This document shows positions 50,881 through 64,000 of a DNA stretch of 64,000 bases, one piece after another. A program made the position numbers and the translations under genes. Each line of letters begins with the position of its first letter. The stretch's first letter is position 1. Origin of the DNA: Chiloscyllium plagiosum (taxonomy: Eukaryota). Location of the stretch: NCBI RefSeq assembly GCF_004010195.1, contig NC_057750.1:16260550-16324549 (forward strand). The letters run 5' to 3'. The notes beneath the pieces were generated by a model. It ran no database searches and was not told where the DNA came from. It saw nothing but the letters and a program-made list of their open reading frames with translations.

Positions 50881-52693
50881 GTAAGTCTCTCTACACCTGG
50901 TCATACAGCGCCTCTTGGTAGTGTTCACCGCAGTGAATGCATTTGCAACAAACAGTGGATTTGACAAGATACGTTAAAGGAGAAGGGAAGTCCAAGGATA
51001 ATATTTCTGTTGAAAGTATTCCTTTATTCCCGTTTTTTTTTTAAGAACTTTTCTAGTTTAGTTTTAAACCATTGTCGCTGAAACGTTTTATCTGGTCATT
51101 TACCTAATTGTTTCTTTGTTTATTTTTGAGGACTTGAGTCACAAATTGGCTCTGTACTACCTAACATTGTAGTGGTAGTCTGTACTTCACAAATTCTTTC
51201 TGGCTCCTGATATTCTGAAAAGTACCAAGTTATTTCCTTAAAAGTTGATTTGAATTTTTTTTACATACATGGAAACTATTTCAGATCACAAGAGAATACC
51301 TATATCTTACAACTTTCCTTTTTGCTAATTCTGTTTCTGCCCTGCCTTGAGGCATTACTTCATATTGAGGTGTCTCAGTCACTGCCTCCACTATCCTTGC
51401 TTTGCCAAAATTCTCATTCTTTGTGTATTAAGCCAATCGTTTTGCATGTTAGTAGCCTTCTGTTGGCTCTTGGGTACATCTATGTGGAGTCTGCTCTGAA
51501 CTCTCAACCAGTGGCACATGTGAAATGTTTCCATGTTTTGGAGTAGGAAGCAAGGCTGCTTTTATCTGTCTCCTGCACCTACAGAGGCCTTGAGAACAAT
51601 TTACCAGGCCCAACTTCCAACCAGTGTTAAACTCTGACTTGCTTGTCGACATGGATGATGCAGTTGCTACTCCTTGAGTTAGTGCACTTAAGTGTTTCAT
51701 TGTATCTGATGAAACTCACACCTGCTGAGTAGGCAGTCCCTTGTAATGTGAACACCTGAATACAGAGCAGGTGGTTGAAAGGAGCTGAGAACTCCCCATA
51801 TGGTATTCCTCAGAGCAGAGAGACTGCAGTGATATGTATTACACTGTCTTTCCGCTATGTAAAGATCTAATGAAAGCATTTGCCCCTGGGTGAAATGAGT
51901 TTTTTTTTCTTTATTATTTAATGTTGCTGAAAATGCATCCTTATTGTGTTGCCTTTGTATGGACAGTTTAAAAATTATTGTAGTTTCGGTCCATTGCTTT
52001 TCAGAAATGTCGTGAGCCATGTGGAGCCATTCCATCTGAGTACATTGCACCACTTGCCTTTGGGGTTCAAATTGGATCTGTTCACACAGCAAGGCTCCAC
52101 TTCAAAGGGTTGACTTGTATAGTCTTTTTGTATGTTAAATGCAAAGGGATAATTTTCTTAAAATGTAGTCCACCTTATCTCACCTTCCAGTGTTTCACCT
52201 ACTGTTTATACCACTTGGATTTTATTTCCCTTGATTTATTTAAAACTTGACGAATCTGGATATCGAGAGATAAGACATCTGATAAGGAATTTTGTGACTT
52301 TATAAGATGATAAAGTGAGAACTCCAAAATATCGCTGTGACATTGCAGTCCACCTTGGCTGGTTGTGTTCCATAAACTCTGGTCAAAGCTGTGCAATGGT
52401 GCTTTGTGTGTTGATTGTCTATGCAAAAGATGTCTAAGCTGTGGCTCTTGTGCCCAAGCACTTCAGTCTTTGAAGGCAAAGCTGTTTGTTTATTTTTGCA
52501 TTTGTCGTTTTTTCTGTCATGCTTCGCATTTGTCCCATTTGAATTTCATGCCTAAACAGTCAAGAAAGGAAAGATAGCTTTGTAGTCTACTAGATGGGCG
52601 ATTTTGATCGGCAAATCAAGACTTGGTATCTGCGTCTTGAAGAAAATGCAGATTAATAGCAATTTGAATTTAGATGTCATGTTTGGCAATCAA

Positions 52694-53010
52694 GGAATAG
52701 AATTCCTACACTGTGCAATCAGTCCATTCAGCACATCGACACTGACTCTCCGAAGAGCATTTCATTCAGTTGCACCCCTCTACCCTATCTCTGTAACCCT
52801 ATATTTCCCATGGCTAATCCACTTAGCCTGCACATCCCTGGACACTATGGGCAATGTAGCATGGTCAATCCACCTAATTTGCACATCTTTGGACTTTGGG
52901 AGGAAACACACCCAGGCACAGGGAGAATGTGCAAACTCCACACAGTCACCCAAGGCTGGAATTGGACCTGGGTCGCTGGCTCTATGAAACAGCAGTGCTT
53001 ACGGTGAAAC
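52694..53010 (-). mobile_element. HE1-type SINE
   Basis: Reverse complement of the HE1 V-domain and head. Confidence 0.82.
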
Positions 53011-53550
53011 ACAGCATAATGAAATGCACCAAGTGACCCATAAAAACAAAGCTTGATTGCTTCTAGTCTTTATCTACATTTGTTCCCTGTCATCAGCTAG
53101 CCTGTGTAATCATGCCGCACTTTAACAATATCCCTTGAATCTTACTTTTGTGTTGCCGAATCTAGATCATTCGAGACAGCTGTTGCCTTCAGAGGTAACT
53201 ATTGCTACAAATACTCTACGCAAGTAACAAGATAACCTGTTTTAGTGATACTGATTTAAGGGATGAATATTGGCTTGGGCACCAGTGTATTCCCTTATTT
53301 TCAGTTGAGATATTTTACTTCCGCTGGATTGGAGAGACAGTCCTTGGTTTTAATGTCCCTTGCAAAAGACTGCAGTTCTGACACTGCAACACTCCCTCAG
53401 CTTTGATCTGAAGATTAATTTCAATTGCTTCTCTACTGTCTAGATTGATCGATCTTCAGACTTCAAAGAGTGCTAGCATTGAGCCAAAATACTAAGCGTT
53501 TTATTGATGATTTTTAATTGACTCACTCTGTCCCTTATCTTTTTTTTAAG

Positions 53551-53655
53551 TTAGTCACAGGTTGGAGATTTAAGAAAAGGCCAGGAATAGACTACCTTTT
53601 CCAGCAGTTGGCACCATTGTATGAAATTGTTATCTTCACCACCGAAACGGGCATG
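53551..53655 (+). CDS. TIMM50: TIMM50 coding exon (105 nt, [35 protein letters not shown])
   Basis: ttttaag acceptor, gtgagt donor; matches TIMM50 [35 protein letters not shown]. Confidence 0.97.
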
Positions 53656-55136
53656 GTGAGTTTTGTTTATCTGCTGATTTTGCATCATATGTTTCAATAT
53701 ACATGAAGATGTCTTCATGTTGATTTTTTTTTTCTCCTTTCATCTTGTTCACATGGATCAGCCAGTGTGTAAGTGAGCAAAGAAAAGCAAGGTACCAGGA
53801 GCAGTCTGAAATCCCCGAATGAGCTGCTATCACCTGGAATGTGAATTAGTTAGGAAAGGTGAACTACTGGATTTGCTTTAAAGGGAACCAGTTGCTATTC
53901 AAAACTGTAAAGTAACCACGTTATTGTAATTTCTAATTTCTGAATAGCATAGTTGCAAAATATATATAATTGCGATACTGGATGTAGCCAGTCTGCTAAA
54001 TCTTAATTTGATTACAGTTATGTGATTGTTTCTTTTAGAACATGATATAATTAAATTTAACTATAAATACTTCAAAATTCAAACTCTTTGAGACACTAAT
54101 TTGCTGGGCTTTGCAACTCTTAAATATGCAGTAGTGAGTGTGTTTACATTTTAACAGCTGCAATTAACAGCAAGTGAGCAGTTTCAGGTATATCTTGGCC
54201 ATGACAAGTGGTTGAGGCCAAGACCTTGCTTTCGAGAAGGAGTTTGATAGAATTCTAAGGGATAATGGGATTATAGGGTATGGGGAGAGAGCAGAATCAG
54301 AGTGCTGACTTGGATGATCAGCCTGATCACATTGAATGGCAGAGCTAGCTCGAAGTGCCAAAGGGCCTAATCCAGCTCCTATTTTCTGTGTTTCAACAAT
54401 TATAATTATAAGTACAAGTGTTCAAATTCATTTCCCACCTTTGGCAGAGTCTCATTGGCTCTACTACTAGATTCATAAGCTCCTCTTTAGCCTGGCATTT
54501 GAATAGGATAGGTGGTAGGTAAATATGAAGTGGGAAGAAGCAGCATCCGAACCCAAAACAGAAATTTCTGGAAGAGCTCAGCCGGTCTGGCAGCATCTGT
54601 GTAGAGAAAACGGAATTAACATTTTGCGTCTTAGTCACATAGATGTACAGCACGGAAACAGACTCTTCAGTCCAACTCATCCATGCCGACCAGATATTCC
54701 AACCTAATCTAGTCCCACTTGCCAACGCCCAGCCCATATCCCTCCAAACCCTTCCAATTCATTATATCCATCCAGATGCCTTTGAAATGTTGCACCCTTC
54801 ATCAGAACTTAGAAACAAAGACAGAAATTGCTCAAAAAACTGATTTCTAGCATCTGCAGCTCTTTTTCTTGGTTTGAAAGTACCATCAGATCAGTGCAGA
54901 GCCATTGTCCTCCCAAAGAGTACTGCAGTCTCTTAAATATAGCCATGTAATACAAGCCTATTTGCTTAAGATAATTCGAGTAGACAGTCAGATAATTTAA
55001 AAATCTGTTGATAATGTGCTTTGGGCATTGATGTTGAAAATGATATCGCAGTGTTCCATGCAGTTGATGAGACAGGAACAAAGGCTGGGTGTGCTATATG
55101 AGGAAAGTTTACTTTAAATTGGAATTAAACCATCAG

Positions 55137-55405
55137 GGTAAAAGTGAGGACTGCAGGTGTTGGGGATTAGAGTCGAGAGTATGGTGCTAGAAAAGGACAG
55201 CAGGTCAGGCAGCTTCGGAGGAACAGGAGAATCGACGTTTCGGGCAAAATGCCTTCACCAGAAATGAGGCTCTGACCCTTCTCCCATTTTCTCATCACCC
55301 CCTCTGCTCACAACCTTATTCCTGGTGAAGGGCTTTTGCCCGAAACGTCGATTCTTCTGCTCAGATGTTGCCTGACCTGCTCTGCTTTTCCAGCACCACA
55401 AACTT
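55137..55405. mobile_element. 269-bp fold-back PLE derivative with 15-bp TSD
   Basis: TSD GAATTAAACCATCAG (55122-55136) / GAATTAAATCATCAG (55406-55420). Hammerhead-like cores at 55234-55261 (-) and 55322-55349 (+). Confidence 0.88.
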
Positions 55406-55424
55406 GAATTAAATCATCAGCAAC

Positions 55425-56290
55425 AGCTGTCTCACTATTCAAGGATGGGACTTATTTAGGTTTGTGAGTTTCTGCCTTGGATCTACAAGTGACTGAATAG
55501 GCTGATTCTCAACCTACAGATCTTTGAGCATATAGGGCATAGTGTTCCATGAGGTAATGGGAATACAGGACTTGCTGTGTTTTCTTTCTGGCAATTTGAA
55601 AGTTGAAGAAACAGGACCTGGTGAAAGAAATGGTTTTTAGCCGTCCAGACAGTATCCTGTCTTCTCGTAGTTAAGTTTGAGGACTTTTGCCTGAATGCTT
55701 CTTGATCTAACTGCAAATCTGACTTCAAGAAGGGCACTAGTGTTTGTTCAATGAACCTCCCATTGAATTTGGAATACATGGCAGATGCTCTTCAATCTCA
55801 GTCACCTTTATGCTCAAACTAAATTAACCGCCTTGAATGATTTCCAGTTCATAGGTGACTGTAGCTTTGTTTCTTCCAATCAGCATTAAATTTGCAAGCC
55901 ACTCTTGATTTCTTCAACTCGAGATATAAGAAACTGTGCCTGTCCTTAAATGTTGCCAAAACAAAATCTCTCATTGACCCATGTTTGGTCAGCCAAATAT
56001 TTGACTTCCTAAACATGCTGAAAGGGAGAATCAAAACTATATTGAGCATCTCTCATAACCTGGCAGTCAGTGCTGTCAAAAGGCCATCATTGAGAATGAG
56101 ATCCAAAGCTGGAACTGCTGTGCCAGCTCAGCCTTCTACAAACCGTGTCATCAAGTGTTTGACAACAAAGGCCTCTGCAAGTCCTCAATAACCCTACTGT
56201 ACAGAGCAGTTGTCATCATCATATTCCTGGACTGTGTAACAGCATCATGTAAGAGTGCTAGAGAAATTCGTCAGCCATGCTTGTTAGTTA
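55425..56290. mobile_element. RTE-clade LINE relic with inverted 5' part
   Basis: Minus strand 55483-55750 ends CPICSKICRLRISLFSHL (RTE-like C-terminus). Plus strand 55770-56290 has LQATLDFFNSRYKKLCLSLNVAKTK. Confidence 0.65.
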
Positions 56291-57790
56291 ATGAGAGCTA
56301 AATTTGAAAGAGTAAAGGCTGGCAACTGTGTTCTAAAGACACTTCCACTTAGTTTTTCACAGCAGGTTTCAATGTAGTTAAGAACTAATTCCACCCAGCT
56401 ATTCACCCTTTTACCATCAGTCACTGAGAGAAGACAATGAGTCAATTTTTAATTAGACACAGCCCTGCTTATGCCTGAATTTTGTTGAGTTCCACTTTAG
56501 CATCCATGTAGCACATTGTCAGCTGATTATATATATTACATTTAAACCATAAAGGAGAATTAATGACCAGGTTTGGTGCATTGGATGGTAAGGAACTAGT
56601 ATTAAGTTAGTGAGCATGTTTAAGAGCAAATGAAATTAAGTTTTAGACGAGGGTTTGGCAAATGGGAGCCTAACAGAATGGTGGAGAAGTGCTTATCAAA
56701 GTAACAGAATAATTTCAGTATCAGTGGGGAGGGAGGAGTGGGGAATGTGAAGGTGTTAATAATGGATTTGATATGAACATGAAGCTCAGATCTGGGTTAA
56801 ACAGGATTTTATTTGGTCTGGTTCAACCGAAGTGATACTGGTACTTGTAAATCAGTGCAGCTTATTATTGTTATACCAAACTGTTTCTCATTTTTATTTT
56901 TTCTCTCCATTTCCCTTATGTAAGTGTATCTTGTTTTTCTTGGATCTTTTCCCCTTTGTCCTTCAGCTGATTTCTTTTTATTTCTCGCAAATCCCTTCTC
57001 CCTCCTGTTGTCTTCATTAATTCTTTGCAAGCCAGAAGAATGCTGCTAGGTGACAGTATTTTTTTTTTAAGAGACATGATGCCACACCAGTGTTTAGAAA
57101 ATCCCTGCCTAATAAAACATGAGATTTGGAAAAAAAACTCTGTTGCAACAGATTCAGTTTCACATGAGGCAGCTAAATTTCAACAATGTTCTTTCGAGCA
57201 TGATTTGAAACTAGGTGAAGCAAATCAGATATACTTGTTCTGGAATAGATAATGATGAATGTGGATAGGTACCTGCCCGGCAGGTTTCTGCCTGTCTGTA
57301 CAGCAAGACAGGTTTCTTTGCTAATTGCCTCCTGCTTATCTCACTACTAAATTACAGCACGCAAGCAGAGTCTACATAATTATTGCAGCACAAAATATTT
57401 TTTACTCTGTATTTCCCATCTGTTTAATAGTTCCAACAATAGTTGTTGATTTGAAGTCGTTGTTATTCAGAATGCAGTTTAAAAACATGATTTTAATTAT
57501 CATAGCATCATTGAGGTTTGCAGCACAAAAGTTCCCTCTGATCCATCGAACCTGTGCCATTCAAAAACAACCACCTAACTATTCTAGTCCTATTTTCCAA
57601 CAGTGGCACATAGCCTTGTATGCCTTGGCATCCCATGTGGACATCTAAGTAAATTTTGAGGATTTCTGCCACACTTATCCCAAATCCTTTCTTAACAAAT
57701 TTATCTACTTATTCTGTTACCTTAAGGGACCAGTGGCCATGCACCCTGTGGTCCCTCTGATACTCCGTGCTTTCTAGGATCCTACTATTT

Positions 57791-57998
57791 GGGGCAGCAA
57801 GGTGGTTCAGTGGTTAGCACTGCTGTCTCACACAATCTTTGGATTGTGAGAGTGAAATCGGAGCACCCGGAGGAAACCCACGCAGACATGGGGAGAATGT
57901 GCAAGTTCCACACAGACAGTCATCCAAGGCTGGAATCGAACCCAAGTCCCTGGTGTTGTGAGGCAGCAGTGTTAACCACTGAGCCACCATGCCACCCT
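57791..57998 (-). mobile_element. HE1 SINE 5' half plus an inverted about 42-bp copy of the SINE head
   Basis: 57791-57832 (+ head) is the reverse complement of about 57957-57998. Confidence 0.75.
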
Positions 57999-57999
57999 A

Positions 58000-60480
58000 A
58001 AGAAACTATCTCTGACATCTGTCCTATATCTATCATCCCTCAATTTAAAGCAATGTCCCCTCATGGTAGCCATAGCCAAACAAGGAAAAAGGCTCTCACT
58101 GTCCAACCTATCCAACCCTCTGATTATCTTATGTCTCAATTAAGTCACCTCTCAACCACCACCTCTCCAACAAAAACAGCCTCACGTCCCTCAGCCTTTC
58201 CTCGCGAGACCTTCCCTCCATTCCAGGCAGCCGTCTAGTAAATCTCCTCTGAATCCTTTCCAAAGCTTCCACACCACTCCTATAATGATGTGACCAGAAT
58301 TGTATGCAATACTCCAAGTGTGGCCGCACCGGAGTTTTGTACAGCTGCAGCATGACCTCATGGTTCCGAAACTCAATTCCTCTACCAATGAAAGCTAACA
58401 CACTATATGCCTTCTTAACAACTCCATCAAATTGGGTGGCACCTTTCAAGGATCTGTGTACCTGGACACTGAGATCTCTCTGCTCATGCACACTACTAAG
58501 AATCTTAACATTAGCCCAGTACTCTGCATTCCTGTAACTCCTTCCAAAGTGAATCACCTCACACTTTTCCACATTAAACTCCATTTGCCACCTCTCAGCC
58601 GAGCTCTGCAGCTTATCTTTGTCCCTCTGTTACCTACAACATCCTTTGTCACTATCCAAAACTCTACCAACCTTAGTGTCATCCGCAAATTTACTATCAT
58701 GGAGAACCTTATCAAACGCCTTACTGAAATCTATATACACAACATCAACCACTTTACCCTCATCCACCTGTTTGGTCACCTTCTCAAAGAACTCGTAGTC
58801 ACAGGTGAGGTGCTTGAAGACTGGAGGTTGGCTAACGTGATGTCACTGTTTAAGAAAGCTGCTAAGGACAATCCAGGGAACTATAGACCAGTGAGTCTGA
58901 CGACGGTGGTAGGCAAGCTGTTGGACAGAATCCTGAGGGACAGGATGTACGTGTATTTGAAAAGGCAAGGACTGATTAGAGATAGTCAACATGGCTTTGT
59001 GCGTGGGCAATCATGTCTCACAAACTTGATTGAATTTTTTTTGAAGAAGTAACAAACAGGATTGATGAGGGCAGAGCAGTAGATGTGATCTGTATGGACT
59101 TCATTAAGGCATTCGACAAGGCTCTCCATAAGAGACTGGTTAGCAAGGTTAGATCTCACCATTTGGATACGGAACTGGCTCAAAGGTAGAAGAGAGAAGG
59201 TGGTAGAGGAGGGTTGTTTTTCAGACTAGAGACCTGTGACCAGTGGAGTTCCACAAGGATCGGTGCTGAGTCAACTACCTTTCGTCATTTATATAAATGA
59301 TTTGGATGTGAGCAGAAGAGGTATAGTTAGTAAGTTTGCAGATAACGCCAAAATTAGAGGTGTAGTGGACAGCGAAGAGGGTTACCTCGGACTACAGTGG
59401 GATCTCGATCAGATGAGTCAATGGGCTGAGAAGTGGCAGATGGAGTTTAATTTAGATAAATGCGAGGTGCTGCATTTTGGGAAAGCAAATCTTAGCAGGA
59501 CTTATACGTTGAATGGTAAGAATCTAGGAAGTGTTGCTGAACAAAGAGACCTTGGAGTGCAGGTTCATAGCTCCTTGAAAGTGGAGTCGCAGGGAGATAG
59601 GATAGTGAAGAAGGCATTTGGTATGCTTTCCTTTATTGGTCAGAGTATTGAGTACAGGAGTTAGGAGGTCATGTTCCAGCTGTACAGGACATTGGTTAGG
59701 CCTCTTTTGCAATATTGCGTGAAATTATGGTCTCCTTCCTATCGAAAGGATGTTGTGAAACTTGAAAGGGTCAGAAAAGATTTGCAAAGATGTTGCCAGA
59801 GTAGAGGATTTGAGCTATAGGGAGAGGTTGAATAGGCTGGGGCTGTTTTCCCAGGAATGTCAGATGCTGACGGGTGACCTTATAGAGGTTTATAAAATCA
59901 TGAGGGGCATGGATAGGATGTCTCTTCCCTGGGGGGGGCGGGTCCAGAACTAAAGGGCATAAGTTTAGGGTAAGAGGAGAAAGATGGAAAAGAGATCTAA
60001 GGGGCAACTTTTGCACAGAGGGTGGTTCGGGTGTGGAATGAGCTGCCAGAGTAAGTGGTGGAGGCTGGTACAATTGCAACATTTAAGAGGCATTTGGATG
60101 GGTATATGAATAGGAAAGGTTTGGAGGGATATGGGCCAGGTGCTGGCAGGTGGGACTAGATTGGGTTGGGAAATCTGGTCAGCATGGATGAGTTGGACCA
60201 AAGGGTCTGTTTCCATGCTGTACATCTCTATTACTCTATAACTCAATAAGGTTTGTGAGGCACAACCTACCCTTCACAAAACCATGTTGACTATCCCTAA
60301 TCAACTCATTCCTTTCCAAATGATTAAAAATCCTATCTCTTATAACCCTTTCAAACACTTTATCCACAACTAAAGTAAGGCTCATTGGTCTATAATTACC
60401 AGGGTTGTCTCTATTCCCCTCCTTGAACAAGGAAACTGCATTCCTATTCCTGTAAATAATAACGGCATAAAGATCAAAGC
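58000..60480. mobile_element. Nested CR1s: + strand copy (58795-60239) inserted in a - strand copy
   Basis: The minus element reads ...ctcaaagaactc|aataaggtttgtgagg across the insert, with AACTC duplicated at 58790-58794 and 60240-60244. Plus copy has GNYRPVSLT, GVPQGSVL, KFADNAK. Confidence 0.9.
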
Positions 60481-61220
60481 CAAAGGCTCGGCAAACTGTA
60501 GGGATTCTATGAAATGGGAAAGTTTTAAATGTTTTCACTGGTCGAAAATTTTTAGTAACCAGAGAACACAGACTAAAGATTTAACCAGACAGAAAGATTA
60601 GTTTTTTCTTCTGTAATATGCTGTGATGCTCAGAGTACACTTCCTGAAAGGGTTTTGGAAAGATTCAAAAGTAATATTTTGAAGAGAGAATTAAAGATGT
60701 GCTTAAAGGAAAGAACTTTGCAGGGCCATTGGTGAAGATCAGGGGAAATATGCCTAATTGGTATAACAACCTCCTGTGTTTTCTGATGCTAATATTGCTA
60801 CTACAGTACAAATTCTGTTTGTGTCCCTTAATTTCAGACTGCAAAAATTGGATCTCCAAAGATCCAGGAGTGGCAGCTCTCCAATTGGTGGGAACAGTGG
60901 CATCAAACTAGCCGGATGCATCCTTTGGGGTCACCTGTATCTTTTGTTAGATAGCTTAGTAATATCTTTGAACACTCTATTGTGGCCCCAGCTGCAAAGT
61001 CATGGGTTTTGCATAGCCGGCAATATAAACTGTGTGTCTTTATTGAGGTGTATGACTTGAAAACCACCTTCCTATTTGCTGCCATTGGCAAATCCCAGCA
61101 AGTTCGTTTCTTGATTGCTGTTGGTTGCAAACCACTAGCACCAGCTTCGTTTGATTCAAAACTATTTGTGTGTGATTTCAGTTAGCACAAACTGGAATCT
61201 ATCTTCATGGCAGTGCCTGA

Positions 61221-61370
<150 letters not shown>

Positions 61371-63869
61371 TAATACAGTTGGGTCTTTGCAACATGATGG
61401 TACAATACTCTAAAAGGTTTGATTGTAAAACATTTAATTTGTCAGTGAACAATCATGACCACCTTGGCATGAGTCATACTGAGCAATTCAGTTGTAGAGT
61501 GCTTAAACTGGTGATGGAAAACTAGTTATTTCCAATTCTCCCTTCAACTCAAATAAAGGAATTTTCAGCTTTTTGCAGTGAGGTCTGTTGATTATATTGA
61601 CTGAGACGAAGAGGTTATGGACTCTTTTACTGGCAGTTAATATGAGAACCAAAACATGACGGAGCAGGGTTTTGGCGTGAATTGGGCTGTTTTGTTAGAT
61701 AGTTACCATTTTATATAAAGTAGATTTTATGCCTTCCTTTCAAAGTGTCTCCTGAAAGAAGTTAAAATGGTGGAAGTTTCAGGATAAGAGACTCTCGATG
61801 CTGGAAATCTAAAAGAGAAGTGGGAAGTGCTCAAATGGTCCAAAATATTCTGATAAGAAAGAAACAGTTGAGGTTTCACATTGCAATTCTGATGGAAGAT
61901 TGCAATGGTGGATCTGAAATCTTCACTGTTTCTCCCTCCAAAAAGTTCTGTCAGACCTACTAAATACTCCAGCAGTTCCAAAATCACAGGTATACTCACC
62001 AGGAAGTGAATGCCTAAGGAAGCTGTCAAAGACCTGAAACGTTGTGAAGACATTGCTTACATGCTTGATGCCAGAGAAGTGTTGCTTATTTTCTCTCAGC
62101 TGAAGTTTCAACTCTGTTAATTTTAAAGACTGCACACTGGTTAGAGATTCTCATGAAGTCATTTCGGCAAATGTGCTTTGCTTTCCTGTTGCTGACACTC
62201 CACAGAGTGACCGTCTCTAATTCTCTTACCCTGTTAGCTTGATCATCATGTGTCATTCTGTCAATGTTCAGAGCTCAGTGAATTGAAGAAACCGAGATAC
62301 CAAATACCTTAGGCAGGGAGTTTTCTGCCATCTCCTTCTGTTTACGATGCTCAGTCAGAAGCTTTTAGCCAAAAAGCAGATTTGTAAAGAGTATTTCTAT
62401 AGGTCTCTGATCTGGCTGTTTATCAGGAGTGGAAAATAGACACCAGGTTAGCTGCAGTCACAAACTATGTTCACTTGACTGGGGAACTGGGGTCCAGCAA
62501 AGGTTGGCACCTTCAGGTAAGGTAGTGACTAAACTGCAAAACAAAATCTTTAATGTTTCAGACATACACAAGTCTGTAACGGGTTAAAGCCCACAGCAAA
62601 GCTCTGTATCCCATCTGTCTGATGCGTCTGCCATCAATTCCACAGTACCTGCAGCATAATATTTACAAAGCAAAGGTTTATCAAGGGGCAGCATGCGATG
62701 GTTTGTGAATTGCCCTATGCTCTGTAATCTGAGCTCCTCTGAAATGACCATGCCTACAATAGTATGTGTGGCCTGCATTACTGCAAGCCTTCTGCCTCGC
62801 CTCCCACCTCCCATCTGTTGTTCCATGGCACCCAGGGAGTCTTTCGGAGCACACACCATCCCCTTGGGCCTCCTGAAAAAGACTGGGGTTTGCCGAAAGC
62901 AGCAGCAATGACAGACCTGCTGTGCAGTTAAGATTACGATAGTTTAAAGGCTGCTGGTGCTGTAACCACAGTGTTAGAGACTGATTCCCCAAAGGGCCTT
63001 TTTATTTCCAGATGAAAGACATGGGTAGCTATAGCCACAAGTGCTTAATTGCATATCAGTGTCTCTGTAGTACGAGCGTTTGTGGCATTTTAGAAAATTA
63101 TGTCAATGGTCCTAGTCTCTTGTTTGCCTCACTCCCTCAGTTTTTACTTTGGCTGTGCTAATGTTCTTAATGCAAGGCTTTTTTAAATCCTGACTCCATT
63201 CTTCAGTATTTTTGGTTCCTAGTTTTTCTTTTCTGTAATAAATGCATTACTTCTGTTCTCCGGGAAGGTTGAGAAACTTTTAGCTGTAATCCGGGTTAAT
63301 TATTTGCCTTCGTTCTGACTTCATCTTCTGGATTACAATGTTTGTTTAAGGTCCAACTCTAATTATAATACTCTGGGGAAGGGTGGGGTGGGGAGCGGAG
63401 GGGCGGAGAGTGGATGCAGATGCATGCGTGATAAAGCTGTGGTGTAAAACCTAAGTTTGCCCAAAATGAGCCTGTTCATCTAAATGTAAATTATAATACC
63501 AGCAGTTGATCCTGATCATTTAATGTGTGGAAAATTGATACGGAGTCGGGTAGAGAAACGCTTTCTCTGTGGGTTCCTTCATCCTTTATGCTGCCTTTTT
63601 CTTGTAATAGTAATGTGGGCATTGCCATGTTTTGGTATCATGTAACATTGTCTTTTAATAGATAACATGGGCAGTGAATATTGGCAGACTAACCAGAAAG
63701 ATCACAACGGAGCATCATTTTTATTCCTTCTCATTACCTGCTTTTGCAACAGAATCGTCAAATAACAATCTGGGACAAGAACCTTGGTTGATTACGTTGC
63801 CCCAAGTGAGATCAACTAATTTCATAGAATCACAGAATGATTATAACACAGGAGACCGTTCAATCCATT

Positions 63870-64000
63870 GGACTACACTCCTGGAATACAGGGAGAACTA
63901 GCCATTTGGATACAGAACTGGCTCAAAGGTAGAAGACAGAGAGGGTGGTGGTGGAGGGTTGTTTTTCAGACTCTGGAGGCCTGTGACCAGTGGAGCGCAG
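63870..64000 (+). mobile_element. CR1 RT fragment running off the window
   Basis: ggaatacagggagaactagccatttggatacagaactggc matches 45240-45360. Confidence 0.88.

Noticed and set aside
57250..57320. Possible box C/D snoRNA (ATGATGA)
   Set aside because: No suitably placed CTGA with a terminal stem and no recognisable guide sequence. The CTGATGA hits elsewhere are explained by hammerhead cores.
58432..59664. Longer RT-like ORFs as an active LINE
   Set aside because: Broken by stops and frameshifts, and the 206-aa ORF spans the junction of two oppositely oriented CR1 copies.

Overview
Repeat-rich vertebrate genomic DNA, most likely from a shark (HE1-type V-SINEs, HER1/CR1 LINEs, shark-type Penelope repeats). 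The window lies inside a + strand TIMM50 gene. Five internal coding exons (22, 59, 120, 105 and 99 nt) splice in frame to [34 protein letters not shown]...RYMEGHHVK. The earlier and later exons were not found and presumably lie outside the window. The introns (one is 33.9 kb) hold decayed CR1, L2/CR1-like, RTE and Tx1 LINEs, tRNA-derived SINEs, a Gypsy (Gmr1-like) relic, a TA-flanked MITE and many Penelope-like element (PLE) derivatives. The most striking signal is about a dozen minimal hammerhead-ribozyme motifs from at least five unrelated PLE families, with covarying stems. Many sit in short fold-back elements bounded by 14-15 bp target-site duplications, some carrying a ribozyme core on each strand. 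Other points: an 89-bp near-perfect inverted templated insertion, a LINE with a tRNA-SINE-like head, nested inverted duplications and several enhancer/promoter-like unique blocks. Repeat boundaries are read by eye and approximate; family names come from recalled knowledge, not a database search.
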